64,000 bases of DNA from positions 171,740,001 through 171,804,000 of the forward strand of contig OX597817.1 of assembly GCA_951406725.2 (NCBI GenBank). Reading direction: 5' to 3'. This document shows positions 28,505 through 41,876 of the stretch, piece after piece. The DNA is from Octopus vulgaris. Taxonomy: Eukaryota. Below the pieces are notes generated by a model. It worked only from the letters and a program-made list of their open reading frames with translations. It was not told the origin of the DNA and searched no databases. Both the position numbers and the translations under genes were made by a program. Within the stretch, counting starts at the first letter, position 1. Each line of letters opens with the position of its first letter.

Positions 28505-28835
28505 TCATGATACCTGTGCCGGTGGCACGTAAAAACCACCATCTGAACGTGGCTGATGCCAGCGCCACCCTAACTGGCTTCTGTGCCAGTGGCACATAAA
28601 AAGCACCAACCAATCATGGCTGTTTCCAGCTTCTTCTGGCCCCTGTGCCGGTGGCACATAAAAAGCACCCACTACACTCACGGAGTGGTTGGCATTAGGA
28701 AGGGCATCCAGTTGTAGAAACACTGCCAGACCAGACTGGAGCCTGGCGCAGCCTCCTGGCTTCCCAGACCCCGGTCGAACCATCCAACCCATGCTAGCAT
28801 GGAAAACAGACATTAAACGATGATGATGATGATGA
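28505..28835 (+). mobile_element. RTE 3'UTR (family E) with three internal TGTGCCGGTGGCAC.TAAAAAGCACC repeats and (GAT)n tail
   Basis: Homologous to the copies at 34148, 42851 and 47035; linked to an RTE ORF end at 54478-54710. Confidence 0.8.
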
Positions 28836-29369
28836 TACACATACACAAATATATCTACATATATAAACAAACAAAAACTATTATGAGAATTTTTGCAGGT
28901 AATTAATTCTATAAGAGTTTCCTTTTTGTGATATAACGTTACGTACTGTGATGTGATCATAATAACGAATCTATGAGTTCAGGAACAGCAAGAGGTGATA
29001 CAAATGAAATGCAGCTTACATGCTCAAGGTCACCACGGGTAAAGTGAACCTGAACATGTTCAAACTTCGTCAGACTTTGGTGGTGGTGATGGTGGTGATG
29101 TTTATATAGAGAGGAGGAAGGATTGAGAAAAAAGATGAGAGTGTATGGGGATGGGGGAAAGAGGTGCTGTTCTTCATTTCTTTGCTGAATGCGTTCAATG
29201 GCTTGAATAACTTGTTAATGCCAAATCCATAAACAAACTTTAAAAATGTAGGAAAGGAGGAAGAAGGTAAATGAAGGTGAGCCTTTGAGATGCAATTAGT
29301 GATGACGCTAGACTCGACATTTACAGACTCACCATCTGCTCTGCTCCACCTATCGGTACAAATTCGTAA

Positions 29370-29653
29370 TGACAATGATGATGCCAATGATGGCACTAAA
29401 GAAGACGGCGATGATGATGACAACGACGATGTAGACGATGATGACAATGGTGGTAGAGGTGGTGATGGTAGAGGTGGTGCTGGTGGTGTGATGATGGTGA
29501 TGATGATGACGATGATGATAGTGATGGTAACAATGGTGGTGATGGTATAGTGGTAGTTGTGGTGATGATGATGCTGATGATCATGATCATGATAATGATG
29601 ACAGTGACAGTGATGATGAGGCAGTGGTAGTGGTGGTGGTGGTGATGATGATG

Positions 29654-29685
<32 letters not shown>

Positions 29686-29712
29686 GATGGAATGATGAGG
29701 AATGCGGATGAT
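29370..29712. repeat. (GAT/GGT)n low-complexity tract
   Basis: Read directly from sequence. Confidence 0.9.
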
Positions 29713-31063
29713 CATTATCAAATAGTAGAGGAACTAACACAAACACACATACACACACACAACATGCTTCCACACAGTCTCCATGTACCAAATTCACTCA
29801 CAAGGCATTGGTTGACCCAGGCTATAGTAGAGGTCACTTGCCCAATGTGCCAAACAGTGGGACTGAACCTCAACCCACATGGTCGCAAAGTGAGATTCTT
29901 AATCATAAAGCCAAACCTGTACTTATCTATTTGAATATATACATCAGGTAACTTGTATGCATTACCTCAAATGCCTTGTTTCTTTAATGCCACGAGTTAC
30001 ACCCTTGGAAAGTTTTACACATATGTACAATCCCATTAATGGTTTGTAATTATAAATTCTTAATTAACCTTGTCCTTTTTAGTTTTGTGAAGCCCAGATT
30101 TTCAAGATTACTACTGAGTCAGTCAGTTACATAGCCAAATGCCACCCCAACCTAATTATATGGCATTGTAGCTTTGGTAGGAACAGAACTGAGCTCAATT
30201 CCTCTTTCTTTCTGTATCAATTTAGTTGATCAAGTAAGATATCAATTAGATACACATACTGCAACATGCAACAATTTGCTTACGCCATTCTATTTGAAAC
30301 GTATGTAGCTGATTAAATCATTGATAAATCTTCATTCTTGGTATCTTATATATATGTTATTTGCACTCTGTGTTCTATTAATATAAATATCTATACATCT
30401 ATACTTAAATATTCATTGTCTGAGAGTCATCACTATTTGCTTTCTCTCGTCTTACATGTATACACATACACATATTTTGTATTTCATGCCCAAACTGCTA
30501 TATTTGATATATCTAATTTATTCATCCACATAATTGCCCCCATATCTGTTCAACTTGATCCCTCTTATAGCCATTCTTTGCCCCATGGAATTAATCCCCT
30601 GTAAAGATATCGGAATCTAAGTTTGAATCATTTGAGCACAACTAAGTGTCTTCTATACTGAAAATCTCCAGATCTCATCTGTGGACTATATATATATATG
30701 CATAATATACAGAAAGAGAGAGAGAGAGAGAGAGTTATAGCCCATGTGTACTATCAACAGAGATGCGTATAAACAAGTATACATAGGTATATACAGAAAC
30801 AAATTAAAAAAATAAACGTCCTGTTAAAATCAGGTTGTAATATATATTGAGTATATATTAATGTATATATGTCAGTCATTTTGCCAGTGAGAATTAATTG
30901 GTGTAATTGATTATGTGTGTGATGTGTGTGTATACATGTTGGTGTTTTAATTCTTTATTTTGCTAAATTTTTTCTCCTGCTAGCCATGATAAAGTGCAAG
31001 AACATACATACTCATATGTGTGTATGTGTGTGTGTTTGTGCATATATATACATGTGCATATGC

Positions 31064-31096
<33 letters not shown>

Positions 31097-31217
31097 CACA
31101 CACACATACATATATATGTATATATATATATGTGTGTATGCATATATATTTATATATATGTGTAGATGCATATATGTGTGTGTGTGTGTACCCACACTCA
31201 CACATACATATATGCAG

Positions 31218-31255
<38 letters not shown>

Positions 31256-31418
31256 GTGTAATTAGAAGTTTAATGAGGCAATTAAATATAAATATTACAT
31301 CAGTAGCTTGTAATAGACCATCCATATATTCACTTCAGATACTGTCAAGTAAATAATATTTTTTTTATTTCATTCTATTTCATTCTATTTTTCATTCTAT
31401 TTTTCTGCCTCTCACATA

Positions 31419-31579
31419 GGCGCAGGAGTGGCTGTGTGGTAAGTAGCTTGCTAACCAACCACATGGTTCCGGGTTCAGTCCCACTGCGTGGCATCTTGGG
31501 CAAGTGTCTTCTGCTATAGCCCCGGGCCGACCAATGCCTTGTGAGTAGATTCGGTAGATGGAAACTGAAAGAAGCCTGT

Positions 31580-31614
<35 letters not shown>

Positions 31615-31853
31615 TTGTATATATATATATATGTATGTGTGTTTGTTTGTGTATCTGTGTTTGTCCCCCTAGCATTGCTTGACAACTGATGCTGGTGTGT
31701 TTATGTCCCCATTACTTAGCGGTTCGGCAAAAGAGACCGATAGAATAAGTACTGGGCTTACAAAAAGAATAAGTCCCGGGGTCGAGTTGCTCGATTAAAG
31801 GCGGTGCTCCAGCATGGCCGCAGTCAAATGACTGAAACAAGTAAAAAGAGTAA
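31419..31853 (+). mobile_element. SINE family A, full length
   Basis: Near-identical to 9415-9845. Confidence 0.93.
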
Positions 31854-32030
31854 TAATACCAAGCAGTGCAAGATGGCGGTGAAGCGACACTTTTCTAATA
31901 AATTATTAAAATGGATTTATCTTCAGGGCTCCATGCATTTCATGTTCTGTTTTCTAAATCTATCTCATATTCTTTCATTTATTCTATTTTGTTAATGCAT
32001 TTGCTTACAATAGAATGTTTTGCTTGTTGC

Positions 32031-32062
<32 letters not shown>

Positions 32063-32234
32063 CTTCTGGTTATTATTTTCTTCTAATAGTCTTGCATGGC
32101 ATTATTTGTTGTGATATTTGTAGAATTCTTTTGTACTTCATTCGAAGATGTGTGAAATCTGAATAATAGCCTCACTGGGTTTTTAAACCTATTTAGACTT
32201 TCACAAATCATTATCAAAATTCAAGCATCTGTGT

Positions 32235-32311
<77 letters not shown>

Positions 32312-33279
32312 ATATATATATATATATATGTATGTATATATGTATGTATGTATATACATGCACACATGTACTTATATATACAGAAAAAGAGAGGAGGCAT
32401 ACATACACACACACACACATATTGAAAGAGAGAGAGAGAGTTATAGATTTATATACATATATGTATTATATATTTATATATATGTATAAGTGTATATATA
32501 TCTATGTAAATGAATGCTAAATGATGATGAAGTTGATAATATGTGTGTACCAATATATATGTGTGCATATATATTATCATATATATATATATATATATAT
32601 ATATGTAGATAATATATGTATGACACTTATTCAAGGTATCATGCAGTGGGAGTGAACCCAAAACCACAGGATCAGAAAGCAGACTTCTTAACCACACACC
32701 CATGCCAGTGAATGCTTTGTAAAAAAAAAAAAAACAGATTTCATTAACATTAACGAGTTCAAATGCAAATCTGACTATAGTGCTGTTTACTCTTATCATT
32801 AATTTCTAAACATCTACATATTTATATTGTAATTATCAGCATATCCTCACTATATCTATAAAAGCCTTGTTTCATTTGTGGCATAAATTGAAGTATAATT
32901 TTTTTTCAGTGTTATACATGTAAATGTCTGTAAATGTAGATTCCAAATGGTTTTCTATAATAATGCCATTAAAATGAACGGGGAATTGTGTTATGGAATA
33001 TTAATAATATATGTTGTGCAAAATTTTGATAGCTTTGAAGTTATTATGTGAAATGTGAAAAGGAGGTTAGTTGGTGTAAAATATTTTCACATGTTACTGA
33101 GAACATTCAGTAATGTTTGTGATTTTTTGCCTTCTCTGATATGTTTGGCTTAACAACTTAACCAGATTTAACATGCTGCAACCATTGGCTCACGTGTACC
33201 ATGTTCCAAACATTATATACAAATATATAATCTATATATGTATATAATATGTGTATGTACATATAATGTATATATATAT

Positions 33280-33873
33280 TTTTTCTTCTTTTAGTTTCAG
33301 TCCGAGGACTGCGACCATGCTGAGGCATCACTGCTTGCTTTGCTACACTTTCACTAAACCTCCTCTGATGTGTGACATTTGGTGGACGAGGGAGTTTGAC
33401 GATGCTGCCCTTGTCTGTGTTTCTTGCCTTGAGGTAGGTTCATCCAAAACTCATGACAGAAGGAGATCTAGTCTTGTTTAGAAAACACCTATACCCACAC
33501 TATACAAGTCTCTCAGGTTTTGTGGAAGGATATTGAAGAGCTGTGGGCCCTTGAGGCCCAAGCTGATACAGTATCTGGTCCTTTATTCTGATCGCAATGT
33601 TGGGATTTTAGGTATTATGCAGTGGTGCTCTGTCCTGCTGTTTGTGTAACTGACAATGCGAAAGCTTGGTGCAAGATTTTCTAGGATTTTCCAACTGCAT
33701 ATTACAACATATCCTCCCCACCTTTGTCCTAGGGAGTAGAGTCTTAACTCTTTCAGTCTCTCCCAGTAGCTGACATGTCACATTGTGTTGATCTTCTTTC
33801 TGTAGTTTTGTTGGATCACCTTGAGTTCCATTGTTAATTTTACACTGTTTCGTGACCACAGTTGGGAGCAGTA
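33280..33873 (-). mobile_element. L2/Crack-like LINE 3' end (decayed ORF2 C-terminus + 3' tail)
   Basis: Manual translation: YCSQLWS..SYWERLKELRLYSL..WKILE..GPQLFNILPQNLRDL..LDEPTSRQETQTRAASSNSL, with in-frame stops. Confidence 0.85.
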
Positions 33874-34147
33874 TATCATATATTATATGTATGTATGTAG
33901 ATATTATATATATATTTAAATATATATTACATATCCATCCATCCATCCATCTCCATCTCTCTATCTATCTATCTATCTATCAATCTATCTATGCATAAGG
34001 CATGAAACTCAAGACAACAGATAAACATCCAATTGCAACAAATTTTTTACTCTGCGTGTATTGAACTCTCTTCTCCCATTTGTTTAACACATTTCAGCAT
34101 TCATTTACATCATACACAGCAACCTACCTACCTATATACATATATAA

Positions 34148-34309
34148 GCACCCACTACACTCACGGAGTGGTTGGCGTTAGGAAGGGCATCCAGCTGTAG
34201 AAACACTGCCAGATCAGACTGGGGCCTGGTGCAGCCTTCTGGCTTCCCAGATCCCCGGTCGAACCATCCAACCCATGGAGAACGGACGTTAAACGATGAG
34301 GATGATGAT
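34148..34309 (+). mobile_element. RTE 3'UTR fragment (family E)
   Basis: CACTCACGGAGTGGTTGGCGTTAGGAAGGGCATCCAGC..AAACGATGAGGATGAT. Confidence 0.85.
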
Positions 34310-34324
34310 ATATATAAATATATA

Positions 34325-34635
34325 GACGTAGGAGTGGCTGTGTGGTAACTAGATCGCTTATCAACCACATGGCTCTGGGTTCAGTCCCACTGCATAGCTC
34401 CTTGGGAAAGTGTTTTCTACTATAGCCTCAGGCTGACCAAAGCCTCGTGAGTGGATTTGGTAGACGGTAACTGAAAGAAGCCTGTCGTATATATGTATGT
34501 ATATATATATGTATGTGTGTATATATGTTTGTGTGTCTGTGCTTGTGCCTCCAACATTGCTCAACAACCGATGCTGGTGTGTTTACGTTCCTGTAGCTTA
34601 GCAGTTTGGCAAAAGACACCGATAGAATAAGTACT
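34325..34635 (+). mobile_element. SINE family A, 3'-truncated
   Basis: Head and body motifs present. Confidence 0.88.
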
Positions 34636-34830
34636 TTATCAACATGTCAACAAGACAATTAAAGGAGATTCAGCTGCTATTTCTACTAAGCTAAGAAATG
34701 TTATAGAAGCATATTTTCTCAGCTTGTCCCTTCCTATATTTTGTTAGAAGCTCTGACCTATAAAAGTTTAATTAAAATAACTCCTCCTCTGACAAATTAA
34801 TTACAAATAAAATGAAAGGTAACACAAAAT

Positions 34831-34871
<41 letters not shown>

Positions 34872-34898
34872 TAAATATATACATATGTGTGTGTGTTT

Positions 34899-34977
<79 letters not shown>

Positions 34978-35756
34978 CACTGCTAAATGATATAGAGATT
35001 GAAAATGTTGGTAAGATTAATTGGAAACTTAATGAAATATGCCAAGTGAGACAATATAACAAAGTATATCTTTAATATACCTCATATACTTGAAAAAAAC
35101 CAAATCAGTAATTAATCAACTTTTAATGAAACGTTCACGAAAAGTAATGTAAGTCATACACGTAAGAGAGATACTTAATGAAGCTTCTCTTTGCAAAACA
35201 CACACAAAAACACATACACCTCTCCACATATATATAATTATACATACATATAAATGTACACAGACATATACACATATGGGTGTGCCTGTATTGATATTAT
35301 ATATTATCCCTTGTGTACAGATAAGATACTTGCTGGTAGTAGTTGGCAGTGACATCAGTCCATCTTTGTGTTATGAAAGAAATAATGTTCCAGCCTTTAG
35401 CAAAATATTATTATAACAAGAAAGCATGGTTTGCTGTGTAAGTCTTTAATGAAGGCTCTTTGCATGCACTTCATTCCTGCAGTCCTTTAGTTCGTAAATA
35501 ATACAAGAAAAATATCCTCAAGCTTTCAGCTGATGAGGTGAAATCGCTACTAATTTTAGTAGCACACCTGGCTACCCATGTGGTGACCAGCTTCTCTGTG
35601 ACAATAAAAAAGTAAAGAGTATATTCTTACCATTCAATGTTATGTTATTGAACATTTTGTCAACATGCTAATGGTTAGCTAATTAAGTTGAAGACCAACT
35701 TAATGATGGGTTATTTTGCTAATTCTTCATTATTTTAAAAACTAACTGAAACAAAG

Positions 35757-36183
35757 GTGTAGCTGTGTAGGAAGAAGCTTACTTTCCAACCACATGGTTC
35801 TGGGTTCAGTCCCACTGCTTGGTACCTTGGGCAAGTGTCTTCTAACACAGCCTTGGGCCAACCAAAGCCTTGTGATTGGATTCGTTAGACAGAAACTGAA
35901 AGAAGCCCATCATATATATATATACATACAAATATATATGCATGTATATATGTGTGTGTGTCTTTGTGTCTGTGTTTGTACCCCCACCACTGCTCGAAAA
36001 GCAGTGTTGGTGTGTTTACATCTCTGTAAAATAGTGGTTTGGCAAGAGACCAATAAAATAAGTACTAGGCTTTAAAAGAAATAAGTCATGGGGTCGATTT
36101 ATCTGACTAAAAAACTTAAAGATTTTGCCCCAGCATAGCCGTAGTCAAATGACTGTAACAAGTAAAAGAATAAAGAATAGAAG
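35757..36183 (+). mobile_element. SINE family A, diverged
   Basis: Head, body and tail motifs present. Confidence 0.85.
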
Positions 36184-36819
36184 ACTAAAAGGCAGTGTAT
36201 TTCAACAGAAATATGGTAACAAAAAAGAGGTTAATGCTCTTTGTACATTGATCTGTATAATTAAATTCCACTGAAGTCAGCTTTACCTTTCATCCCTTTG
36301 AGATCGATAAAATAAGTACCAGTTGGACACTGGGGTCAATGTAATCAACTTTTCCCATCCCTAAAATTGCTGGGCTTATGCCAAAGTTTAAAACCATTTC
36401 TAAGTTGGTCTTCAGAACATAAATGAAAATGAAGTTTTGATGAGAGGTTTAAATTTAGAATGCTTTCTTTGAAACAGGATGCTTGTATCATGAAGCAAAG
36501 GAGTGTTCTCAGACAGGTTGGTATCAAAAAGGTTAAGGGAAAGTCATTATCCTAAAGCATTATTCTACGCAATTGAAACGTGATTCATTCTTCAAGCCAG
36601 TTCATCCCATCCTTACTGATTTTATTGATGACCAGCCTGCAGCTGACTCAACTCTGTCTCAGTTACTTCAGCTTTTTATGTATAGGAGGTAAAGACCAGT
36701 AGAACATCATAGATCAACGGAATTGATCCACGAAATCAAGCTCAACTGTCATCTACCACAATTAAATGAAATTAACAATTTATGGTATTAATACATTTAA
36801 AAAAAATATTTTTATATAA

Positions 36820-37064
36820 TCATTTCTTTATTGCCCATGGGGGAGGGGGCTAAACATAGAGGGGACAAACTAGGACAAAGGGATTAAATTGATTACAATG
36901 ACCTCAGTGCTCAACTGGTACTTATTTAATCAACCCTGAAAGGATGAAAGGCAAAGTTGACCTTGGCAGAATTTGAACTCAAAACGTAACAGCAGATGAA
37001 ATACCTATTTCTTTACTACCCACAAGGGGCTAAACACTGAGAGGACAAACAAGGACAGACAAAT
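36820..37064 (-). mobile_element. SINE family D variant with a duplicated alternative tail
   Basis: Family D core at 36890-37002; ATTTCTTTA..GGGGCTAAACA..GGACAAAC.AGGACA repeated at about 36822 and 37007. Confidence 0.7.
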
Positions 37065-37318
37065 GGATTCCCAGACTGGGCATTGTGAGTGTTTATTGAG
37101 CGAAAACACCTAAAGTTCCATGAGGCTCTGGCATGGGGTGGTGGCGATCCCTGCTGTACTCTTTCACCACAACTTTCTCTCACTCTTTCTTCTGTTGACC
37201 TGCTCACTTAGCCAGCATGGTGGCGTCGTTTGAAGGCCAAAACAATGCGAAACGCATTGTGACCAGCGATGTGTAGCAACATCTGATAGCCTGGTCAGTC
37301 ATGGTGATCACGGTGATA
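37065..37318 (+). mobile_element. SINE family B, 5'-truncated, third tail type
   Basis: GATTCCCAGACTGGGC..GAGCGAAAACACCTAAAG body followed by GCGAAACGCATTGTGACCAGCGATG. Confidence 0.82.
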
Positions 37319-37629
37319 TATATATATATTCAGTGCACAATAAACATACATTTATAAAAGAACAAAAGAAGGGCAATTATAGATGATATGCATATATAGT
37401 GTCTCATATAAATAAATTCCTACCATCTACAATAGTTTGTCCATCTTTTGTCTCATTATTAGTTGCTCAAGCTATGAATTTCTTATAGCCAGCTATTGTT
37501 CTGCAAGACTAATTTACCCTAATTAGGAAGTTGGTGTTTAAGAATCCAACCAGTCCAAGTACTAATTTGATGGGTACTTATCTATTCTATGCTTATATTT
37601 ACAACTTCCCAGAGTATTATATATATATA

Positions 37630-38070
37630 CTAGCAGCATAGCCCGGCGTTGCCTGGGTATGTAAGAGCCCCTAGTAGGCAACGACTAATCCCAATCTAGT
37701 CCTTTCCCTCTAGGGAACGAAGGCGCATGTGTAGGTTGCAATGTCTTCTCTTCACTTGAATACTTCTGTGTATACAATATTCCTAGCTGTCCCTTTGGGC
37801 GATAAAAAGGTCGAGTTGCATCCCCTAGACAGAAAATGTGTTGCATATAAAAAGCTTAGATTCTCGACCCCATGTCGAATTTATCGATTTTTTTTCAGAA
37901 CTGGGGGAACTTTTCAAAATTTTTGCTACGTTAGTTTTGAATTATGACATTGGGCTATGTGTGTGTCAAGTTTCATCAGAATCGGTTGAAAGCCGTGGTC
38001 AGGGTGAGGGTACAACCTGACAGTCACACAGACACACAGACAGACAAACTGCCGTTTATATAGAGAGAGA
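37630..38070 (-). mobile_element. Non-autonomous Helitron
   Basis: Minus strand begins A|TC (TCTCTCTCTATATAAACGGCAGTTTGTCTGTCTGTG), has a subterminal hairpin (CCCAGGCAACGCCGGG) and ends CTAG|T; no TSD. Confidence 0.85.
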
Positions 38071-38261
38071 TATATGTAAATATATGATGATGATGATGAT
38101 GATGATAATGATGATGCTATGTATATATTATTTTAAACTGTTTGATTCAGCTCCATGTGACAAAGTTTTGTGAGCTGCGAACAGAAACCTGTCTCTTTCA
38201 GGCTTAAGTTACTGAATATATATATCTGCACCATCAGATGCTCTTGAACCAGTTGTTAAGT

Positions 38262-38312
38262 ATCCCACCTTTGAGGAATTGATGGGAGATGTGTCGAAAC
38301 AATTGTTGGGAT
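38262..38312 (+). ncRNA. Degenerate type I hammerhead relic
   Basis: AUCCC-accu-UUGAGGA...C-GAAA-CAAUUG-UU/GGGAU: 5-bp stem I and palindromic stem III ACAAUUGU. Core and stem II are damaged. Confidence 0.45.
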
Positions 38313-39007
38313 TAATGAAAATTCCCGTCCCCTCATCTTCAATCTCACATTTACCATATACATATAGACATGCACGTGCACACACATACATATATATATA
38401 TACATATATGTACATACATATACACATATATATATATACATATATGTACATACATATACACATATATATATATACATACATATATGTACATACATATACA
38501 CATATATATATATACATACATATATATATATATACATACATACATACATACATACATACATACATACGTACAGCTCCAATTACTTAAAGTTTGGTTGGTA
38601 TACCACATGTCTACTTCAAGAGATATTTGGTAGCAGAGTGGAAAGAGTTTAAAAGAAATTGAAAAAGGGTTCCTAGGTATTTACAACCCTATGAAACAGT
38701 GCAGGGCTGTGGTTGGTTTTGCTATCATACCAATAACTGGTGTGTTGGTCTGTTAGCAAAGACAACTTGTGTGTTTGAACTTATCACTTGAGACTTCTGT
38801 ACATAGAAGCCCTTTTGAATTTCTTTTAAATTCTTTTAAGGTCTCTTTCTAAACACTTGATGAAGTGGACATGTCCTATGCCAGTGTATATTCAAGTAAT
38901 ATGGTACCGAGTAATGGTTGGGCATGGAGAAAAACAAAGGAGACACTGGAATACAGGGGTTGCTACATAAGAAGAAATGTATTGATATAGCTTTAGTCTA
39001 TATATAA

Positions 39008-39059
<52 letters not shown>

Positions 39060-39062
39060 ATG

Positions 39063-39094
<32 letters not shown>

Positions 39095-39165
39095 AAAGGG
39101 TTGGTGTTTTGTTCTGATGAGTAGTGTGTTAGTCATGTGTGTGTGCATGTGTGTGTGTGTGTGCA

Positions 39166-39219
<54 letters not shown>

Positions 39220-39620
39220 GTGTATGTGTGTTTTATATATGTGTGATCATTGATGTAGCATCGATTATGTATCTAACATGGATCACGAAACAGCTGTCAG
39301 CTAATGGAATAAACATCTATTCTCTCCCTTCACTTTTCTTATTTGATCAATGCAGAGATAGAGACAGACAGACAGACAGAAAGACAGACATAGATAGATA
39401 GGTAACAATAATGATATAGATATAGGTTGCATAGTCATTTGCACATAGTAAAGTCCTGGTCTGAAGCCTTATGATAGTGAGGACTTCACTAAAGTCACTC
39501 AATAATGTGCTAGCAAGGTGTTAAAGAGGACGGATTATGTATGTGAACATACATAAGTGTTTAAAAGAGAAAGAAAGAGAGAGCATGTACAGTATGTGTA
39601 AGTTGTGTTTTGTGTGTATG

Positions 39621-39654
<34 letters not shown>

Positions 39655-39859
39655 AAGCAACAAGACGGGTAAGGGTGATTAGGTTATGGTCTAGGGTTTA
39701 GGGGCGGGAGACCCCAGACCTTGGAAAAAAAAAATTTGGTTGTCTTGTTGTAGTCGAGGGCTCTTCATTGACGCCCAACACCACTGGGAGGTGGCCCTCG
39801 AACTCGCTGGAAATGGAGATCTCCAGGTCTAAATTCTTGGACAGCTGTGTGCATGTGTG

Positions 39860-40175
39860 TGTTGGTGTGTTTGTGCACTCAGTCATGAGGTATTGAGTTC
39901 AATTCCTGAACAGGGCTGTCTGTTGTGTCCTTGAGCAAGATACTTTATTTCATGTTGCTCCACTTCCCTCATCTGTAGAAATGAGTTGCAATGTCACAGG
40001 TGCCAAGCTGTATTAGCCTTTGGTTTTCTCTTCGAGAACAGAGGTGGCGCAGAGAGGAGAGGCTGGTGTGCATGGGCAACTGCTGGCCTTACATAAACAG
40101 CCTGACCCGAAATTGTAGAGTAACTTTCTAGGTACAATCCCATGGTCAGTCATGACTGAAGGGGTTCTTTACCCT
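39860..40175 (+). mobile_element. SINE family C
   Basis: GAGTTCAATTCC B box, GTCCTTGAGCAAGA CORE-like region and family C tail. Confidence 0.82.
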
Positions 40176-40226
40176 AAACCTTTACGTAGAGATAGAAAGA
40201 AAATAGAGACACAAAGATTATATTCA

Positions 40227-40384
40227 GCATGGCTGTGTGGTAAGATGCTTGCTTCCTAACCACATGGTTCTGGTCTCAATCCCATTGTGTGGCACCTTGG
40301 GTAAATGTTTTCTATTATAGCCTCAGGCTAAGCAAAGCCTGTGAGTGCATTTGATAGAATGGAATGGAAACTGAAAGAAGCTTG

Positions 40385-40430
<46 letters not shown>

Positions 40431-40668
40431 GTATGTGTGTGTGTCTTTGTGTCTGTGTTTCTCCACCCCCACCCCCCACCCAACCATTTGACAGCTCGTA
40501 ATGGCATGTTTAAGCCCTGTAACTTAGCGGTTCAGCAAAAGAACTGATAGGATAAGTACCAGGTGTAAAAAAAAAAAAAAACTGGGCTTCATTCATTCAA
40601 CTAAAAATCCTTCAAGGTGGTGCCCCAGCATGGCCACAGACTAATGGCTGAAACATGTAAAGAACATA
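40227..40668 (+). mobile_element. SINE family A, diverged
   Basis: Head, body and tail motifs present. Confidence 0.85.
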
Positions 40669-40890
40669 AGATGCTTGTGTGTGAATTCATGTAGATTATT
40701 GTGTAAAGAACATGTAGCCTGTGTGTGTGTGTGTGTGGATAGTGAGGAAATGTAAAGAGAAAGAAAGAGAGAAAGGAGATGTGTAAAGAGAGAGAGAGAG
40801 AGAAAGTGTGAGTAATGTGAGTGATGAAGATGGGTTGTAGAGAGATTGAGGAGAGAAATGAATAAGTATTCTAAGGAAAAACACCAATGT

Positions 40891-40989
40891 TAGAAATATG
40901 TACGTGTGTGTGTGTGTGTGTGTGTGTGAGAAATGTGTTTGGAAAACGGAAGAGTGCATGTGTAAGAGACTAGTGTAGAAAAACTAGTG

Positions 40990-41047
<58 letters not shown>

Positions 41048-41207
41048 AATGTGTGCAGAAAATGGAAGAGTGTGTGTATAAGAGACTAGTGTAGAAAGAC
41101 TAGTGTGTGTGTGTGTGTGTGTGGAGAAATGTGTGCGGAAAATGGAAGAGTGCATGTGAAAGAAATTAGTGTAGAAAGACTAGTGTGTGTGCGTGTGTGC
41201 GTGTGTG

Positions 41208-41240
<33 letters not shown>

Positions 41241-41245
41241 TTGTG
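40891..41245. repeat. Tandem repeat whose unit contains a variable (GT)n
   Basis: AGAAATGTGT..GAAAA.GGAAGAGTG..TAGTGTAGAAA.ACTAGTGTGT occurs three times, separated by (GT)n of different lengths. Confidence 0.9.
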
Positions 41246-41494
41246 GGTGAGTGGGTGTGAAGAAAGGATTAAAGGTAGACAAACAGATATTTGTCAGTAA
41301 AAACCAGTATTAAAGGAGGGAGGGGAGAGGGAGAGAGAGGAAGAAAGAAATGCACAATGTATGTGTGGAGAGAGAGAGAGATAGAGAGACAGAGAGAAAG
41401 AGAGATACATAGTGTGTGTGGAAAAAGACAGAGAATGTGAAAGAGATAGACAGAGTGTGTGGTGAGAGATAGAAAAAGATAGACAAAGTATATG

Positions 41495-41540
<46 letters not shown>

Positions 41541-41707
41541 CACCAAGTCTGTAGAGAGACAGAGAGAGGGTGAAGGAGAGTTCACTTGTATGTATAGTAG
41601 TGTATAAAGATTTGCGTGCGGAGGGGAAGAGAATGTGTGTGTGTTTGTGCAAACTGGTAAGATGATGTATTCAGGTATCTTAAAATAGATAGATAGATAG
41701 TTAGAGG

Positions 41708-41759
<52 letters not shown>

Positions 41760-41876
41760 GGGAGGGAGGGGTTGTGAGTAAAGAGAGAACACAGAAATTT
41801 GTGAGTTAAAAAAAATAACCCAATACAATAATAAAAAATAATATTAACAAGGAATGCAAATATAAATGACCAAATT

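Noticed and set aside
28512-28672. CRISPR-like spaced repeats TGTGCCGGTGGCAC.TAAAAAGCACC
   Set aside because: Only three imperfect units with related spacers, inside a eukaryotic RTE 3'UTR, and no cas genes.
35528-35552. Hammerhead-like CTGATGA-GGT-GAAA
   Set aside because: Only 3 nt are available for stem II and stem I is 2 bp; expected by chance.
39668-39704. Interstitial telomere array
   Set aside because: Only a few degenerate TTAGGG-like units, too short and irregular to call.
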